Translations under genes and position numbers: made by a program
Shown here: one piece after another, positions 7,031 through 16,217 of the stretch
Layout of the letters: each line of letters begins with the position of its first letter
Position numbering within the stretch: position 1 is the first letter of the stretch
Source: a bacterium
Lineage (GTDB): Bacteria > JADJOY01
Length of the DNA stretch: 35,952 nucleotides
Assembly: GCA_046331705.1 (NCBI GenBank)
Contig: JAXLQJ010000027.1
Location: forward strand, 62,001-97,952
Direction: 5' to 3'
The notes under the pieces: model-generated
Database searches by the model: none
Told to the model about the DNA's origin: nothing
The model's input: only the letters and a program-made list of their open reading frames with translations

Positions 7031-8803
7031 ATGACGTGGCAAGCCTGGGTGACCCTGGGAACCGTCGTGGGGATGCTCTACGTCATGGTGCGCAACCTGG
7101 CGGGACCGGACGTGACGCTCCTCGGTGGCGTCGTGGTGCTGCTGAGCGCGGGGATCGTGTCCAGCAAGGAAGCGTTCGCGGGCTTCGCGAACGAGGGCAT
7201 GTTGACGGTGGGCGTGCTCTTCGTGGTCGCGGCGGCGATGCGCGAGACGGGTGCGCTCGACTTCTTCGTGCGACGCGTGCTCGGCCGCCCCTCGAGCGTG
7301 GTCGGGGCGCAGCTTCGATTGATGGTGCCCACCGCTGCGATCTCCGCGTTCATCAACAACACGCCGCTGGTCGCGGCGATGGTGCCGATCGTCGGTGATT
7401 GGTCCAAGCGCATCGGAGTGTCGGCGTCGCGGCTGATGATGCCGCTGAGCTGGGCGACGATCCTCGGCGGTACCTGCTCGCTCATCGGTACCAGCACCAA
7501 CCTGGTGGTGGTCGGTCTGGTGCAGAAGCGCGATCCGAGCGCGCACGTCCCGCTCTTCGAGATCGCGTGGGCGGGCGTGCCGGTCGCGATCGTGGGCATT
7601 GCGTACACGGTGTTGCTCGCCCGCCGCTTGCTGCCCGATCGCGTCGGCTCGTTCGAGCGGCTCGGCGATCCGCGCGAGTACACGGTGGCCATGCGGGTCG
7701 AGAGCGGGTCGCCGGTGGTCGGTCAGACCATCGAGGAAGCCGGGCTGCGGCACCTCCCGGGATTGTTCCTGGTGGACGTCGAGCGCGACGGGGATCTGCT
7801 GCCCGCCGTGGGGCCGGAGCTGCGCCTCAAGGCCGGCGACCAGCTCACGTTCGCGGGCGTCGTCGAGAGCGTCGTCGATCTGCGCAAGATCCGCGGCCTG
7901 GTGCCGGCGACGGATCAGGTCGCCAAGTTGACCGATCCGCGTCCCGAGCGGCGGCTGGTCGAGGCGGTGGTGGCGGCGCAGTCGCCGCTGATCGGGAAGA
8001 CGGCCAAGGAGGTCGAGTTCCGCACGGTCTACAACGCGGCGATCATCGCCGTGCACCGGCGTGGCGAGCGCGTGCGCGGCAAGATCGGCACGATCGAGCT
8101 CAAGGCTGGCGACACGCTGCTCCTCGACACCCACCCGAACTTCCTGCGCGCGCGCCGCAACGACTCGAGCTTCGCGCTGGTGGCCGCCGTGGAAGGCAGC
8201 GCCGCGCCGCGCCACGAGCGCGCATGGCTGGCCGGCGCGGTGGTGGTGGCGATGATCGCCGCGAACGCGTTCGGCTGGATCTCGCTCTTGCAGGCAGGAC
8301 TGCTCGCGGCCGGCGCCTTGCTGCTGACTCGCTGCCTGACCGCGGACGAAGCACGCGACTCCGTGGACCTGCGCGTGCTGGTCGCCATCGCCGCATCGTT
8401 CGGCGTGGGGGCCGCGATCGAGCAGAGCGGGCTTGCGCGTGTGCTGGGCGAGCGCATCGTCGAGGTGGCTCGGCCGCTCGGCAACGTCGGCATCCTGCTG
8501 GCCGTGTACGTGGCCACCACCGTGCTCACCGAGCTCGTGACCAACAACTCCGCGGCGGCGCTCATGTTCCCGATCGCGATCGCCACCGCGGACGCCGCTC
8601 ACATCACCAACCTGAAGCCCTTCTACTACGTGGTGATGATGGCGGCCTCGGCGAGCTTCTCGACGCCCATCGGCTACGCCACGAACCTGATGGTGTTCGG
8701 GCCTGGCGGCTATCGGTTCGGGGACTTCCTGCGCTTCGGTGTGCCGCTCCAGCTGCTCCTGGCCGGTGTCACCGTCGCCGTCGTCCACCTACGCTGGATG
8801 TGA
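7031..8803 (+). CDS. SLC13/DASS-family permease with central TrkA-C (RCK-C) domains
   Basis: SAFINNTP, LGGTCSLIGTSTNL, TELVTNNSAA, FSTPIGYATNLMVFGPGGYRF; soluble insert with TrkA-C-like repeats (SPVVGQTI...LKAGDQL and SPLIGKT...LKAGDTL). Confidence 0.9.
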   Translation: MTWQAWVTLGTVVGMLYVMVRNLAGPDVTLLGGVVVLLSAGIVSSKEAFAGFANEGMLTVGVLFVVAAAMRETGALDFFVRRVLGRPSSVVGAQLRLMVPTAAISAFINNTPLVAAMVPIVGDWSKRIGVSASRLMMPLSWATILGGTCSLIGTSTNLVVVGLVQKRDPSAHVPLFEIAWAGVPVAIVGIAYTVLLARRLLPDRVGSFERLGDPREYTVAMRVESGSPVVGQTIEEAGLRHLPGLFLVDVERDGDLLPAVGPELRLKAGDQLTFAGVVESVVDLRKIRGLVPATDQVAKLTDPRPERRLVEAVVAAQSPLIGKTAKEVEFRTVYNAAIIAVHRRGERVRGKIGTIELKAGDTLLLDTHPNFLRARRNDSSFALVAAVEGSAAPRHERAWLAGAVVVAMIAANAFGWISLLQAGLLAAGALLLTRCLTADEARDSVDLRVLVAIAASFGVGAAIEQSGLARVLGERIVEVARPLGNVGILLAVYVATTVLTELVTNNSAAALMFPIAIATADAAHITNLKPFYYVVMMAASASFSTPIGYATNLMVFGPGGYRFGDFLRFGVPLQLLLAGVTVAVVHLRWM

Positions 8804-8844
8804 TCGCCACGCGGTCGCGGCGCCGGCGCCGCGCGCCAGACGGA

Positions 8845-8875
8845 GAACGGGCGCGGGGGGTGCCCGCGCCCGTTC
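8845..8875. terminator. Perfect 13-bp hairpin between convergent genes (probable bidirectional terminator)
   Basis: GAACGGGCGCGGG-GGGTG-CCCGCGCCCGTTC; no classical U tract. Confidence 0.55.
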
Positions 8876-8903
8876 GGTTGGCCGGCTTCGTCGAAGCGCC
8901 CGA

Positions 8904-10268
8904 TCAAGCGGCGGCTTGCGAGAAGATGCGCTTTCGTAGCATGCGTGCCTTCCGCTTGAGCGTGGTCATCGTGTTGCGCTGGATGACGAGACGGCGCGCC
9001 TTACGATAGAGCCGCATCCGCTCCTCGGCCGGGAAGTCGGGGGTGTCGAAGACCGGCGTGTTGGAGAAGTGGTGGAAGCGCGTGTAGTCGGCGTGGATGA
9101 TGTTCCCGTTGTCCTTCGCGAAGTCCCAGAGCTCGGTCTTCGGGTAGGGGCGGGCGAGATAGAACTCGACGGTCGCGAGCGGCATGCGCCGCGCGAAGTC
9201 GATGCTGCGCTCGATGGCCTCGGGGGTGTCGCCGGGATTGCCGATCATGAACTGCCCGGTGATCTCGATCCCCGCGCCGGCCAGGTTGGCGATGCCCTGC
9301 TCGAGATCGGCGAGCGACTCGCCCTTCTTGATCTTGAGCAGCATCTCGTCGTCGGCGCTCTCGATGCCGATGGCGACGGTCAGGCAGCCGGCCTTGCGCA
9401 TCTTCTCGCAGAGATCGCGCGGCGCCCGGTCCGCGCGCAGGCCCCAGATTCCCCAGACGATGTCGAGCTTCTTCGCCTGCACCAGGTCGCAGAAGTCGTG
9501 GACGCGCTGGATCTTGAGGTTGAAGGTGTCGTCGACGATCACGAACCAGCGGTGCGGGATGTGCCAGGTGCCCAGCGCCCACTCGATCTCGTCCACCAGA
9601 TCCTCGGCCTTGCGGTAGCGCCACGGGCGGCCGCTGACGGCGGGGACCGAGCAGAACACACACTGATACGGACAACCGCGGCTCGTGAGCAGCGGGTAGC
9701 ACTCGTACGAATCCATCTTGAAGAGATGGAAGGCGGGACGGCCGAGCGCCGCCAGATCGCGAATCCACGCGGCCTTCTCGATCTGCTTGACCTCGCCGCC
9801 GTCGCGGTAGATCAGCCCCGGGACCTGGGCGAGCCGCTCCGGGGTGTCCTCCCCGTTCAGGACGAGGCGCGTGAGCACCGGCATCACTTCCTCGCCCTCG
9901 CCGATGACCGCGTAATCGATGGATGGAACGTCGAGGACCTGCGTCTCGCTCACCGACACGTGCGGACCGCCGACGATGATCTTGGTGTCCGGCCGCCGGT
10001 GCTTGATGTCGGCGATCGAGATCATGACGCGGTCCCACGTGAAGCTGGTGGCGGTGATGCCCACCACGGGTGGGATTCGCTCGAGGAAGGTGGCCCAGCC
10101 GGCATCGCCCTCGACCTCGCGGTCGACGACCTCGACGCTCATTCCTTCCTTCTCGAGCGCCGTCGCGATGTAGCCGACGCCCAGATTCGGGAAGAACGGC
10201 TTGCGCAGGCTGCGGGGTCCGGCGTCGATGAGTGCCACGTCCCGGGTCGTGGTTCCCGTCTTCTGCAT
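8904..10268 (-). CDS. Cobalamin-binding-domain radical SAM enzyme (class B methyltransferase/BchE-like)
   Basis: PNLGVGYIA, VGITAT, IIVGGPHVS and GEGE of the B12-binding domain; TSRGCPYQCVFC (CxxxCxxC); DDTF; GIES. Start taken as ATG 10268. Confidence 0.9.
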   Translation of the reverse strand: MQKTGTTTRDVALIDAGPRSLRKPFFPNLGVGYIATALEKEGMSVEVVDREVEGDAGWATFLERIPPVVGITATSFTWDRVMISIADIKHRRPDTKIIVGGPHVSVSETQVLDVPSIDYAVIGEGEEVMPVLTRLVLNGEDTPERLAQVPGLIYRDGGEVKQIEKAAWIRDLAALGRPAFHLFKMDSYECYPLLTSRGCPYQCVFCSVPAVSGRPWRYRKAEDLVDEIEWALGTWHIPHRWFVIVDDTFNLKIQRVHDFCDLVQAKKLDIVWGIWGLRADRAPRDLCEKMRKAGCLTVAIGIESADDEMLLKIKKGESLADLEQGIANLAGAGIEITGQFMIGNPGDTPEAIERSIDFARRMPLATVEFYLARPYPKTELWDFAKDNGNIIHADYTRFHHFSNTPVFDTPDFPAEERMRLYRKARRLVIQRNTMTTLKRKARMLRKRIFSQAAA

Positions 10269-10331
10269 TTCCCAGAGTCCTCGGAGGGCGCGCCCGCCGT
10301 GCCGGAAGCGCCGCGCGCTAGTGAGAGAAAA

Positions 10332-10340
10332 AGCATACCA
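10332..10340 (-). promoter_or_regulatory. Extended -10 element (TGGTATGCT) for the radical SAM gene
   Basis: TGn plus TANNNT in the only AT-rich patch, about 65 nt upstream of ATG 10268. Confidence 0.4.
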
Positions 10341-10435
10341 TTGTGCCGCGCGCGGGCCTCCGCTCGCCAGCTCGGCTCCCATCGCTCGCGCGACGGCCCG
10401 TGGCGGCGGCCGTGCGATTCGGCCGGGCGCGCCGC

Positions 10436-10470
10436 TTGACGCCCTGCCGCTCGGATGCAAATCTTCGCGG
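10436..10470 (+). promoter_or_regulatory. Candidate tRNA promoter
   Basis: TTGACG, 17-nt spacer ending TGC, AAATCT, then a GC-rich discriminator-like run. The -10 is a poor match. Confidence 0.35.
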
Positions 10471-10501
10471 CTCGTCGCTCGAACGACATCGACGAATGCA
10501 C

Positions 10502-10577
<76 letters not shown>

Positions 10578-10583
10578 GGAAAT

Positions 10584-10613
10584 GAACGAGGCCGGGGAAG
10601 CCCGGCCTCGTTC
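10584..10613. repeat. Perfect 13-bp inverted repeat in the tRNA spacer
   Basis: GAACGAGGCCGGG-GAAG-CCCGGCCTCGTTC. Confidence 0.7.
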
Positions 10614-10657
10614 GTCTTCGGCCACGACCAAACGAGAGGGAAGGCGAAGCAGCACCG

Positions 10658-10733
10658 GGCACGGTACCCAAGTGGTTAAGGGAGCGGTCTGCAAAACCGT
10701 TATGCACCGGTTCGAATCCGGTCCGTGCCTCCA
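10658..10733 (+). tRNA. tRNA-Cys (GCA)
   Basis: Acceptor GGCACGG/CCGTGCC, anticodon arm GCGGT-CTGCAAA-ACCGT, T arm ACCGG-TTCGAAT-CCGGT, U73 discriminator, encoded CCA. Confidence 0.97.
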
Positions 10734-11008
10734 GATCGATTCACCCGCGCGCCCCCCGCGTTCCGTCGCCGCGAGCGGCGGGATCTCGTTCGGCGCCCAG
10801 CGCATCCGAGCGGTGCGAGATTGCGCGGCGCGCGTTCCCGTGCCCCCGCTCGGCGCGCCGGGCATGGGACATTGACCGTACGGTGCGGCGTCGTCGGCAC
10901 CGCCGTCGTGCGTGGGTGGCGTCGCGCGAAGGTCGTGGAACGACGCGCGTGCCTGCGGGCGGGTTGAGGTAGGCTGACGGCTCTCGCCCGGCTGCCCTCG
11001 GAGCACCG

Positions 11009-12250
11009 ATGTCCTCGATCCCCGCGCACGTCGAATGGATCTCCTCCCGCCACGACGAGATGTGCCGCCTCGTCACGCAGTGGGCGAGCATCAACAGCGG
11101 CACGCACAACGCGGCGGGCGTGCGCGCGCTGGGACAGCAGATCGGCGATCGGTTCGCGGCGCTGGGGGGTGAGGTCACGGTTTCCGACGTGGCGCCCCAC
11201 GTCACCGTCGACGATCGCGGCATGCGCTCCGACGAGCCGCTCGGCAGCCTGGTGCGGGTGCGCAAGCGCCCGGAGGCCCCGCTCCAGGTGCTGCTGGTGG
11301 CCCACCTCGATACCGTGTTCGGCGCTCAGGACGCGTTTCAGCGGGTCTCGGTCGTCGACGAGCACACGCTGCGCGGCCCAGGGGTCGCCGACTGCAAGGG
11401 CGGGATCGCGGTGATGCTCACGGCGCTCGAGGCCTTCGAACGCTGTGACCTCGCGGGTGAGCTCGGCTGGGAGGTGGTCCTCAACCCCGACGAGGAGATC
11501 GGCTCACCCGCCTCGCGCGGGCTGCTGCTCGAACGCGCCCGCGAGCTCGACCTCGGGCTGGTCTTCGAGCCGGCGCTGCCGAGCGGCGCGCTGGTGAAAT
11601 CGCGCAAGGGGTCCGGCAACTACACGCTGGTGGTGCGCGGCAAGGCCGCGCACGCGGGCCGCGACTTCGAGCGCGGCCGCAACGCGATCCACGCGCTCGC
11701 CTCCGCCGTGGACGCGCTCGCGCGGCTCTCCGGCTCGCGGCCGGGGCTCACCGTGAACGTGGGCCGCATCGCCGGCGGTAGCGCGGTGAACGTGGTCGCC
11801 GACGTCGCCGTGGCGCGCTTCAACGTGCGGGTCGTCGAGCCGGCGGATCAGTCGTTCGTGGAGGCGCGCCTGCGGGACGTGATCGCGGGACTCGAGAGCA
11901 AGGACGGCATCCAGCCCGAGCTGATCGGTGGGTTCGGCGCTCCGCCCAAGCCGCTCGTCGGGCCGAGCGCGATCCTGCTGGACCACGTCCTCGATTGCGG
12001 GCATCGGCTCGGTCTCGATCTCGCCACCGAGGCGAGCGGCGGTGTGTGCGACGGCAATCGGCTCGCCGCCGCGGGACTCGCCACCGTCGACTCGCTCGGA
12101 CCGCGGGGGATCGGCATCCACACCGATCGCGAGGTGCTGCACCTCGACACGCTCACCGAGCGCGCCAAGCTGAGCGCGCTGCTGCTCACGCGGCTCGCGA
12201 GCCGCGAGATCGAGTGGCAGGCACGCGACCGGTCCGGAGCGCGAGGCTGA
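11009..12250 (+). CDS. M20-family metallohydrolase; probable succinylglutamate desuccinylase substitute in the ast cluster
   Basis: M20 metal and catalytic motifs AHLDTV, GVADCKGG, DEEIGS, FEP, GKAAHAG, IHT; 5 nt upstream of astA. Confidence 0.85.
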   Translation: MSSIPAHVEWISSRHDEMCRLVTQWASINSGTHNAAGVRALGQQIGDRFAALGGEVTVSDVAPHVTVDDRGMRSDEPLGSLVRVRKRPEAPLQVLLVAHLDTVFGAQDAFQRVSVVDEHTLRGPGVADCKGGIAVMLTALEAFERCDLAGELGWEVVLNPDEEIGSPASRGLLLERARELDLGLVFEPALPSGALVKSRKGSGNYTLVVRGKAAHAGRDFERGRNAIHALASAVDALARLSGSRPGLTVNVGRIAGGSAVNVVADVAVARFNVRVVEPADQSFVEARLRDVIAGLESKDGIQPELIGGFGAPPKPLVGPSAILLDHVLDCGHRLGLDLATEASGGVCDGNRLAAAGLATVDSLGPRGIGIHTDREVLHLDTLTERAKLSALLLTRLASREIEWQARDRSGARG

Positions 12251-12255
12251 CGGCC

Positions 12256-13302
12256 GTGGACGTGGTCCGACCGGCGCGGGTGTCGGACCTCGATGGGTTG
12301 CTGCATCTCGCGACCCTCACCGGTTACGGCCTGACCTCGCTGCCGCGCGATCCGGAGTTCCTGCGCAAGCGGCTGGTCGAATCCGCGCGCAGTTTCGCCC
12401 ACGACGCCGACGAGCCCCGCGGCGAGCCCTATCTCTTCGTCCTCGAAGCCAGCGATGGCGAGGCGATCGGCACCAGCGCGATCTGGTCCAAGGTCGGCGG
12501 TTTCGAGCCGTTCTACGCCTACCGGCTCGAGACCGCCGTGCACGAGTCGAAGATGCTCGGTGTGCGCAAGGAGGTGCCGATGCTGCACCTGGTGCGCGAG
12601 CACAGCGGTCCGTGCGACGTGGGCGGGCTCTTCCTGGCACCCGCGCAGCGGCGTTCCGGCCGCGGGCGCATGCTGTCGTTGAGTCGCTTCCTGTTCATGG
12701 CCGAGCACCCGCATCCGTTCGATCCCGAGGTGATCTCCGAGATCCGCGGCGTGAGCGACGAGCAGGGCGAGTCGCCGTTCTGGGAAGCCATGGGGCGGCG
12801 TTTCTTCGACATCGACTTCCCCAAGGCCGATTACCTGAGCCTGCTCAACAAGCGCTTCATCGCGGACCTCATGCCCACGCACCCGATCTACCTGCCGCTG
12901 CTGCCGGACGCTGCGCGGGCGGTGATCGGCGAGCCGCATCCCCACAGCCGTGCGGCGCTCGAGCTGCTCGAGGGCGAGGGTTTCCGGCGCAGCAATCTGG
13001 TCGACATCTTCGACGCCGGCCCGGTGATCCACGCGCGCCTCGACGAGGTGCGCACCGTGCGCGAGAGCGTGCGCGCGGAGGTGGAGGAGGTCCTGGCCGA
13101 GCCGCCCGACGGCGAGGACGTCCTGGTGAGCCGCGCGGCGGCGAAGCCGGATTTCCGGGCGGCGGTGGGGACGGTCGCGCTCACCCGCGCCGGTGGCGTG
13201 CGGATCGCGTCGGCGCTCGCCGAGCGTCTGCGCGTCGGCGTGGGCGATCGGGTTCGGTTCGCGCCGCTGCGCGCGGCGACGCACGGGGAGGCGAGCACAT
13301 GA
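12256..13302 (+). CDS. astA: Arginine N-succinyltransferase
   Basis: VVRPA...GLTSLP, YLFVLE, GGLFL, LSLSRFLFMA, EIRGVSDEQGESPFW, FIADLMP..PIY, VDIFDAGP. GTG start inferred. Confidence 0.93.
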   Translation: MDVVRPARVSDLDGLLHLATLTGYGLTSLPRDPEFLRKRLVESARSFAHDADEPRGEPYLFVLEASDGEAIGTSAIWSKVGGFEPFYAYRLETAVHESKMLGVRKEVPMLHLVREHSGPCDVGGLFLAPAQRRSGRGRMLSLSRFLFMAEHPHPFDPEVISEIRGVSDEQGESPFWEAMGRRFFDIDFPKADYLSLLNKRFIADLMPTHPIYLPLLPDAARAVIGEPHPHSRAALELLEGEGFRRSNLVDIFDAGPVIHARLDEVRTVRESVRAEVEEVLAEPPDGEDVLVSRAAAKPDFRAAVGTVALTRAGGVRIASALAERLRVGVGDRVRFAPLRAATHGEAST

Positions 13303-14789
13303 GCGCGCTGCATCGTGCACGCGGTCACTACCTCAACGGGCGGTGGATCGAGGGCGCGGGTCTGCCGCTGGTCTCCGAGGATCCCGCCACGGGCGAGCTG
13401 GTCTGGCAGGGCCGGGCCGGGCTCTCCGTGGAGGTCGATCGCGCCGTGCGCGCCGCGCGCGCGGCGTTCCCGAGCTGGGCGGAGCGCACGGTCGAGGCCC
13501 GCACCGAGCTGCTCGACGCGTTCCGCGCCCAGCTCGAGCATCACCGCGACTCGCTGGCGCGAGTCATCTCGCGGGAGACCGGCAAGCCGCTGTGGGAGTC
13601 GACCGCCGAGGTGGGCACCATGATCGGCAAGGTGGCGCTCACCCTCGACGCGCATCGCGCCCGCAGCTCCACGACCGTGCACGACAAGGGCGGCGAGCGC
13701 CTGGTCACGCGCTATCGGCCGCACGGAGTGCTCGCCGTGCTCGGGCCGTTCAACATGCCGGGGCATCTGCCCAACGGGCACATCGTGCCCGCGCTCCTCG
13801 CGGGCGACACCGTGGTGTTCAAGCCGAGCGAGCTCGCGCCGTGGGTGGCCGAGCACACCGTGGCGATGTGGGAGGAGGCCGGGCTTCCCGCCGGCGTCCT
13901 CAATCTCGTCCAGGGCGGTCGCGAGACCGGGGAAGCGCTCGCCTCACACCCGGACCTCGACGGCTTGCTCTTCACCGGAAGCCACGAGGTGGGCCTCGCG
14001 CTCAGCCGACGCTTCGCCGAGCACCCGGAGCGCATGCTCGCGCTCGAGCTGGGTGGCAACAACCCGCTGGTGGTGTGGGACGTCGGTGAGAGCGTGCTCG
14101 ACGCGGCGGCGCTGCTCACGCTGCAATCGGCGTTCGTCACCGCCGGCCAACGTTGCACCTGCGCGCGGCGCTTGATCGTGCCGCGCGGCGAGGAGGGCGA
14201 TCGCTTCCTCGCGCGGCTCATGCAGTGGACGGCTCGGGTGCGCGTCGGGCCCTTCACGGCCGAGCCGGAGCCGTTCGCGGGACCCGTCATCTCGGTGGCC
14301 GCCGGCGAACGGGTGCTGGCGGCGCAGGCGGCGCTGGTCGAGCATGGCGGGCACGTCCTCGTCGAGACGAGGCCCGTGGGACGGCGCGTGAACCTGCTCA
14401 CGCCTGGAATCGTCGACGTGACGGAGAAGAAGGAGCGCGAGGACCGGGAGATCTTCGGCCCGCTCTTGCAGGTGGTGCGGGCGCGCACCTTCGACGACGC
14501 GATCGCGGAGGCGAATCACACCCGCTTCGGGCTCGCCGCCGCGCTGGTCAGCGAGGATCGCGAGCTGTGGAACGAGTTCCTGCTGCGTGCGCGGGCCGGG
14601 GTCGTGAACTGGAATCGACCGACCACCGGCGCGAGCGGGGCGCTGCCGTTCGGCGGCGTCGGCGCGAGCGGAAATCACCGGCCGAGCGGCTTCTTCGCCG
14701 TGGATTACTGCGCCCATCCCGTCGCGACGCTCGAGCGCGCGACGCTCGAGATGCCGCAGCGCCCGCCGCCAGGCATCGAGGTGCCCTGA
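13299..14789 (+). CDS. astD: Succinylglutamate-5-semialdehyde dehydrogenase
   Basis: ETGKPLWES, GPFNMPGHLPNGHIVPALLAG, FTGS, LELGGNNP, AGQRCTCARR, GASGNHRPS; ATGA overlap with astA. Confidence 0.95.
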   Translation: MSALHRARGHYLNGRWIEGAGLPLVSEDPATGELVWQGRAGLSVEVDRAVRAARAAFPSWAERTVEARTELLDAFRAQLEHHRDSLARVISRETGKPLWESTAEVGTMIGKVALTLDAHRARSSTTVHDKGGERLVTRYRPHGVLAVLGPFNMPGHLPNGHIVPALLAGDTVVFKPSELAPWVAEHTVAMWEEAGLPAGVLNLVQGGRETGEALASHPDLDGLLFTGSHEVGLALSRRFAEHPERMLALELGGNNPLVVWDVGESVLDAAALLTLQSAFVTAGQRCTCARRLIVPRGEEGDRFLARLMQWTARVRVGPFTAEPEPFAGPVISVAAGERVLAAQAALVEHGGHVLVETRPVGRRVNLLTPGIVDVTEKKEREDREIFGPLLQVVRARTFDDAIAEANHTRFGLAAALVSEDRELWNEFLLRARAGVVNWNRPTTGASGALPFGGVGASGNHRPSGFFAVDYCAHPVATLERATLEMPQRPPPGIEVP

Positions 14790-16144
14790 TGGCCGCGATC
14801 GAGCTCAACCTCGACGGCTTGGTCGGCCCGACCCACCACTACGCCGGGCTCGCGCACGGCAACGTGGCGGCGGTCGCGAATCGGGGAGCACCGTCGAATC
14901 CGCGCGCGGCAGCGCTGGAGGGGCTCGCCAAGGCCAAGCTGGTGGCCGGGCTCGGCGTGCCGCAGGGAGTGCTGCCGCCCCAGGAGCGGCCCGACGTGGC
15001 GGCGCTCAAGCGGCTGGGGTTCGTGGGATCGGACGCGGAGGTGCTGCGCGAGGCGGCGCGGGTGGATCCTCGCTTGCTGTCGGCGGTGGCGAGCGCCTCG
15101 AGCATGTGGACGGCGAACGCGGCCACCGTCTCGCCGAGCGCGGACGCCGGGGACGGACGCGTCCACCTGACGCCGGCGAACCTCACGGCGCATCTGCACC
15201 GTTCGCTCGAGCCGGCGCTGGTGGCACGGGTGCTCCATCGCGTCTTCCCGGATCCGGCGCATTTCGCGCACCACGAACCGTTGCTCGCCTGCGAGGCGCT
15301 CGCCGACGAGGGCGCGGCGAATCATACGCGGCTCTGCCGTGCGTTCGGCGAGCCGGGAATCGAGGTCTTCACGTATGGCCGTGAGGGTCTCGACGCCGAG
15401 CGCGCCGTCGAACAGCGCTTCGGCGCGCGCCAGACCCGCGACGCCTCGGAAGCCGTCGCGCGCCTGCACCGGCTGGCGGGCGCGGCGACGGCGTTCGTCC
15501 GCCAGCACCCGGCGGCGGTGGACGCGGGGGCGTTCCACAACGACGTGGTCGCGGTCGGGCATCGCAACGTCTTGCTCGTTCACGAGCGCGCGTGGGTGGA
15601 CGGCGATGCGGCGCTGGACGAGCTCGCGCGACGCTTCGCGGCGCGCTGCCGTGGCGAGCTTCGGGTGTTGCGGGTCGGCGAACGCGAGCTCAGCCTCGCC
15701 GACGCCGTTGCGACCTATCTCTTCAACAGCCAGCTCGTGACGCTCCCCGATGGCTCGATGGCGCTGATCGCGCCGCTCGAGGTCGAGGAGCACGCCGCCG
15801 CGCACGCGGTCGTGGAGCGAGTCGTCGGCGGCGGCAGCCCGATCGGCGCGGTGCGCTACGTGGGGCTGCGCCAGAGCATGCGCAACGGCGGCGGCCCCGC
15901 GTGTCTGCGCTTGCGCGTCGAGCTCGGCGACGCCGAGCAGGCGGCGATGGAGACGGGAGTGCTGCTCGACGACGCGCTCCACGCCCGTCTGGTCGCGTGG
16001 GTCGAGCGGCACCATCGCGACCGACTGGCGGCAGCGGATCTCGCCGATTCGACCTTGCTCGACGAATCGCGCACGGCGCTCGACGAGCTGACCGGGATCC
16101 TGGGCCTCGGCTCGATCTATCCCTTCCAGCTCGCCGGCGCCTGA
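14789..16144 (+). CDS. astB: N-succinylarginine dihydrolase
   Basis: ELNLDGLVGPTHHYAGLAHGN, SASSMWTANAATVSPSAD, DEGAANH, FHNDV, SMRNGGGPACLRLRV, IYPFQ; TGATG overlap with astD. Confidence 0.96.
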   Translation: MAAIELNLDGLVGPTHHYAGLAHGNVAAVANRGAPSNPRAAALEGLAKAKLVAGLGVPQGVLPPQERPDVAALKRLGFVGSDAEVLREAARVDPRLLSAVASASSMWTANAATVSPSADAGDGRVHLTPANLTAHLHRSLEPALVARVLHRVFPDPAHFAHHEPLLACEALADEGAANHTRLCRAFGEPGIEVFTYGREGLDAERAVEQRFGARQTRDASEAVARLHRLAGAATAFVRQHPAAVDAGAFHNDVVAVGHRNVLLVHERAWVDGDAALDELARRFAARCRGELRVLRVGERELSLADAVATYLFNSQLVTLPDGSMALIAPLEVEEHAAAHAVVERVVGGGSPIGAVRYVGLRQSMRNGGGPACLRLRVELGDAEQAAMETGVLLDDALHARLVAWVERHHRDRLAAADLADSTLLDESRTALDELTGILGLGSIYPFQLAGA

Positions 16145-16217
16145 CCGGCGTCCGCGGAGCGCGCCGCACGGCCGGCTCTCGCACCCCTCGCGCGGCCGCT
16201 CTCGTCTCTTGGCTTCG

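Noticed and set aside
10734-11008. Riboswitch or ncRNA in the ast leader
   Set aside because: Several GC-rich hairpins are possible, but there is no recognisable aptamer, repeated architecture or SD-pairing logic beyond what the GC content would give.
16145-16217. SOS/LexA box upstream of polB
   Set aside because: No CTGT-N8-ACAG, GAAC-N4-GTTC or GTTC-N7-GTTC pattern is visible.
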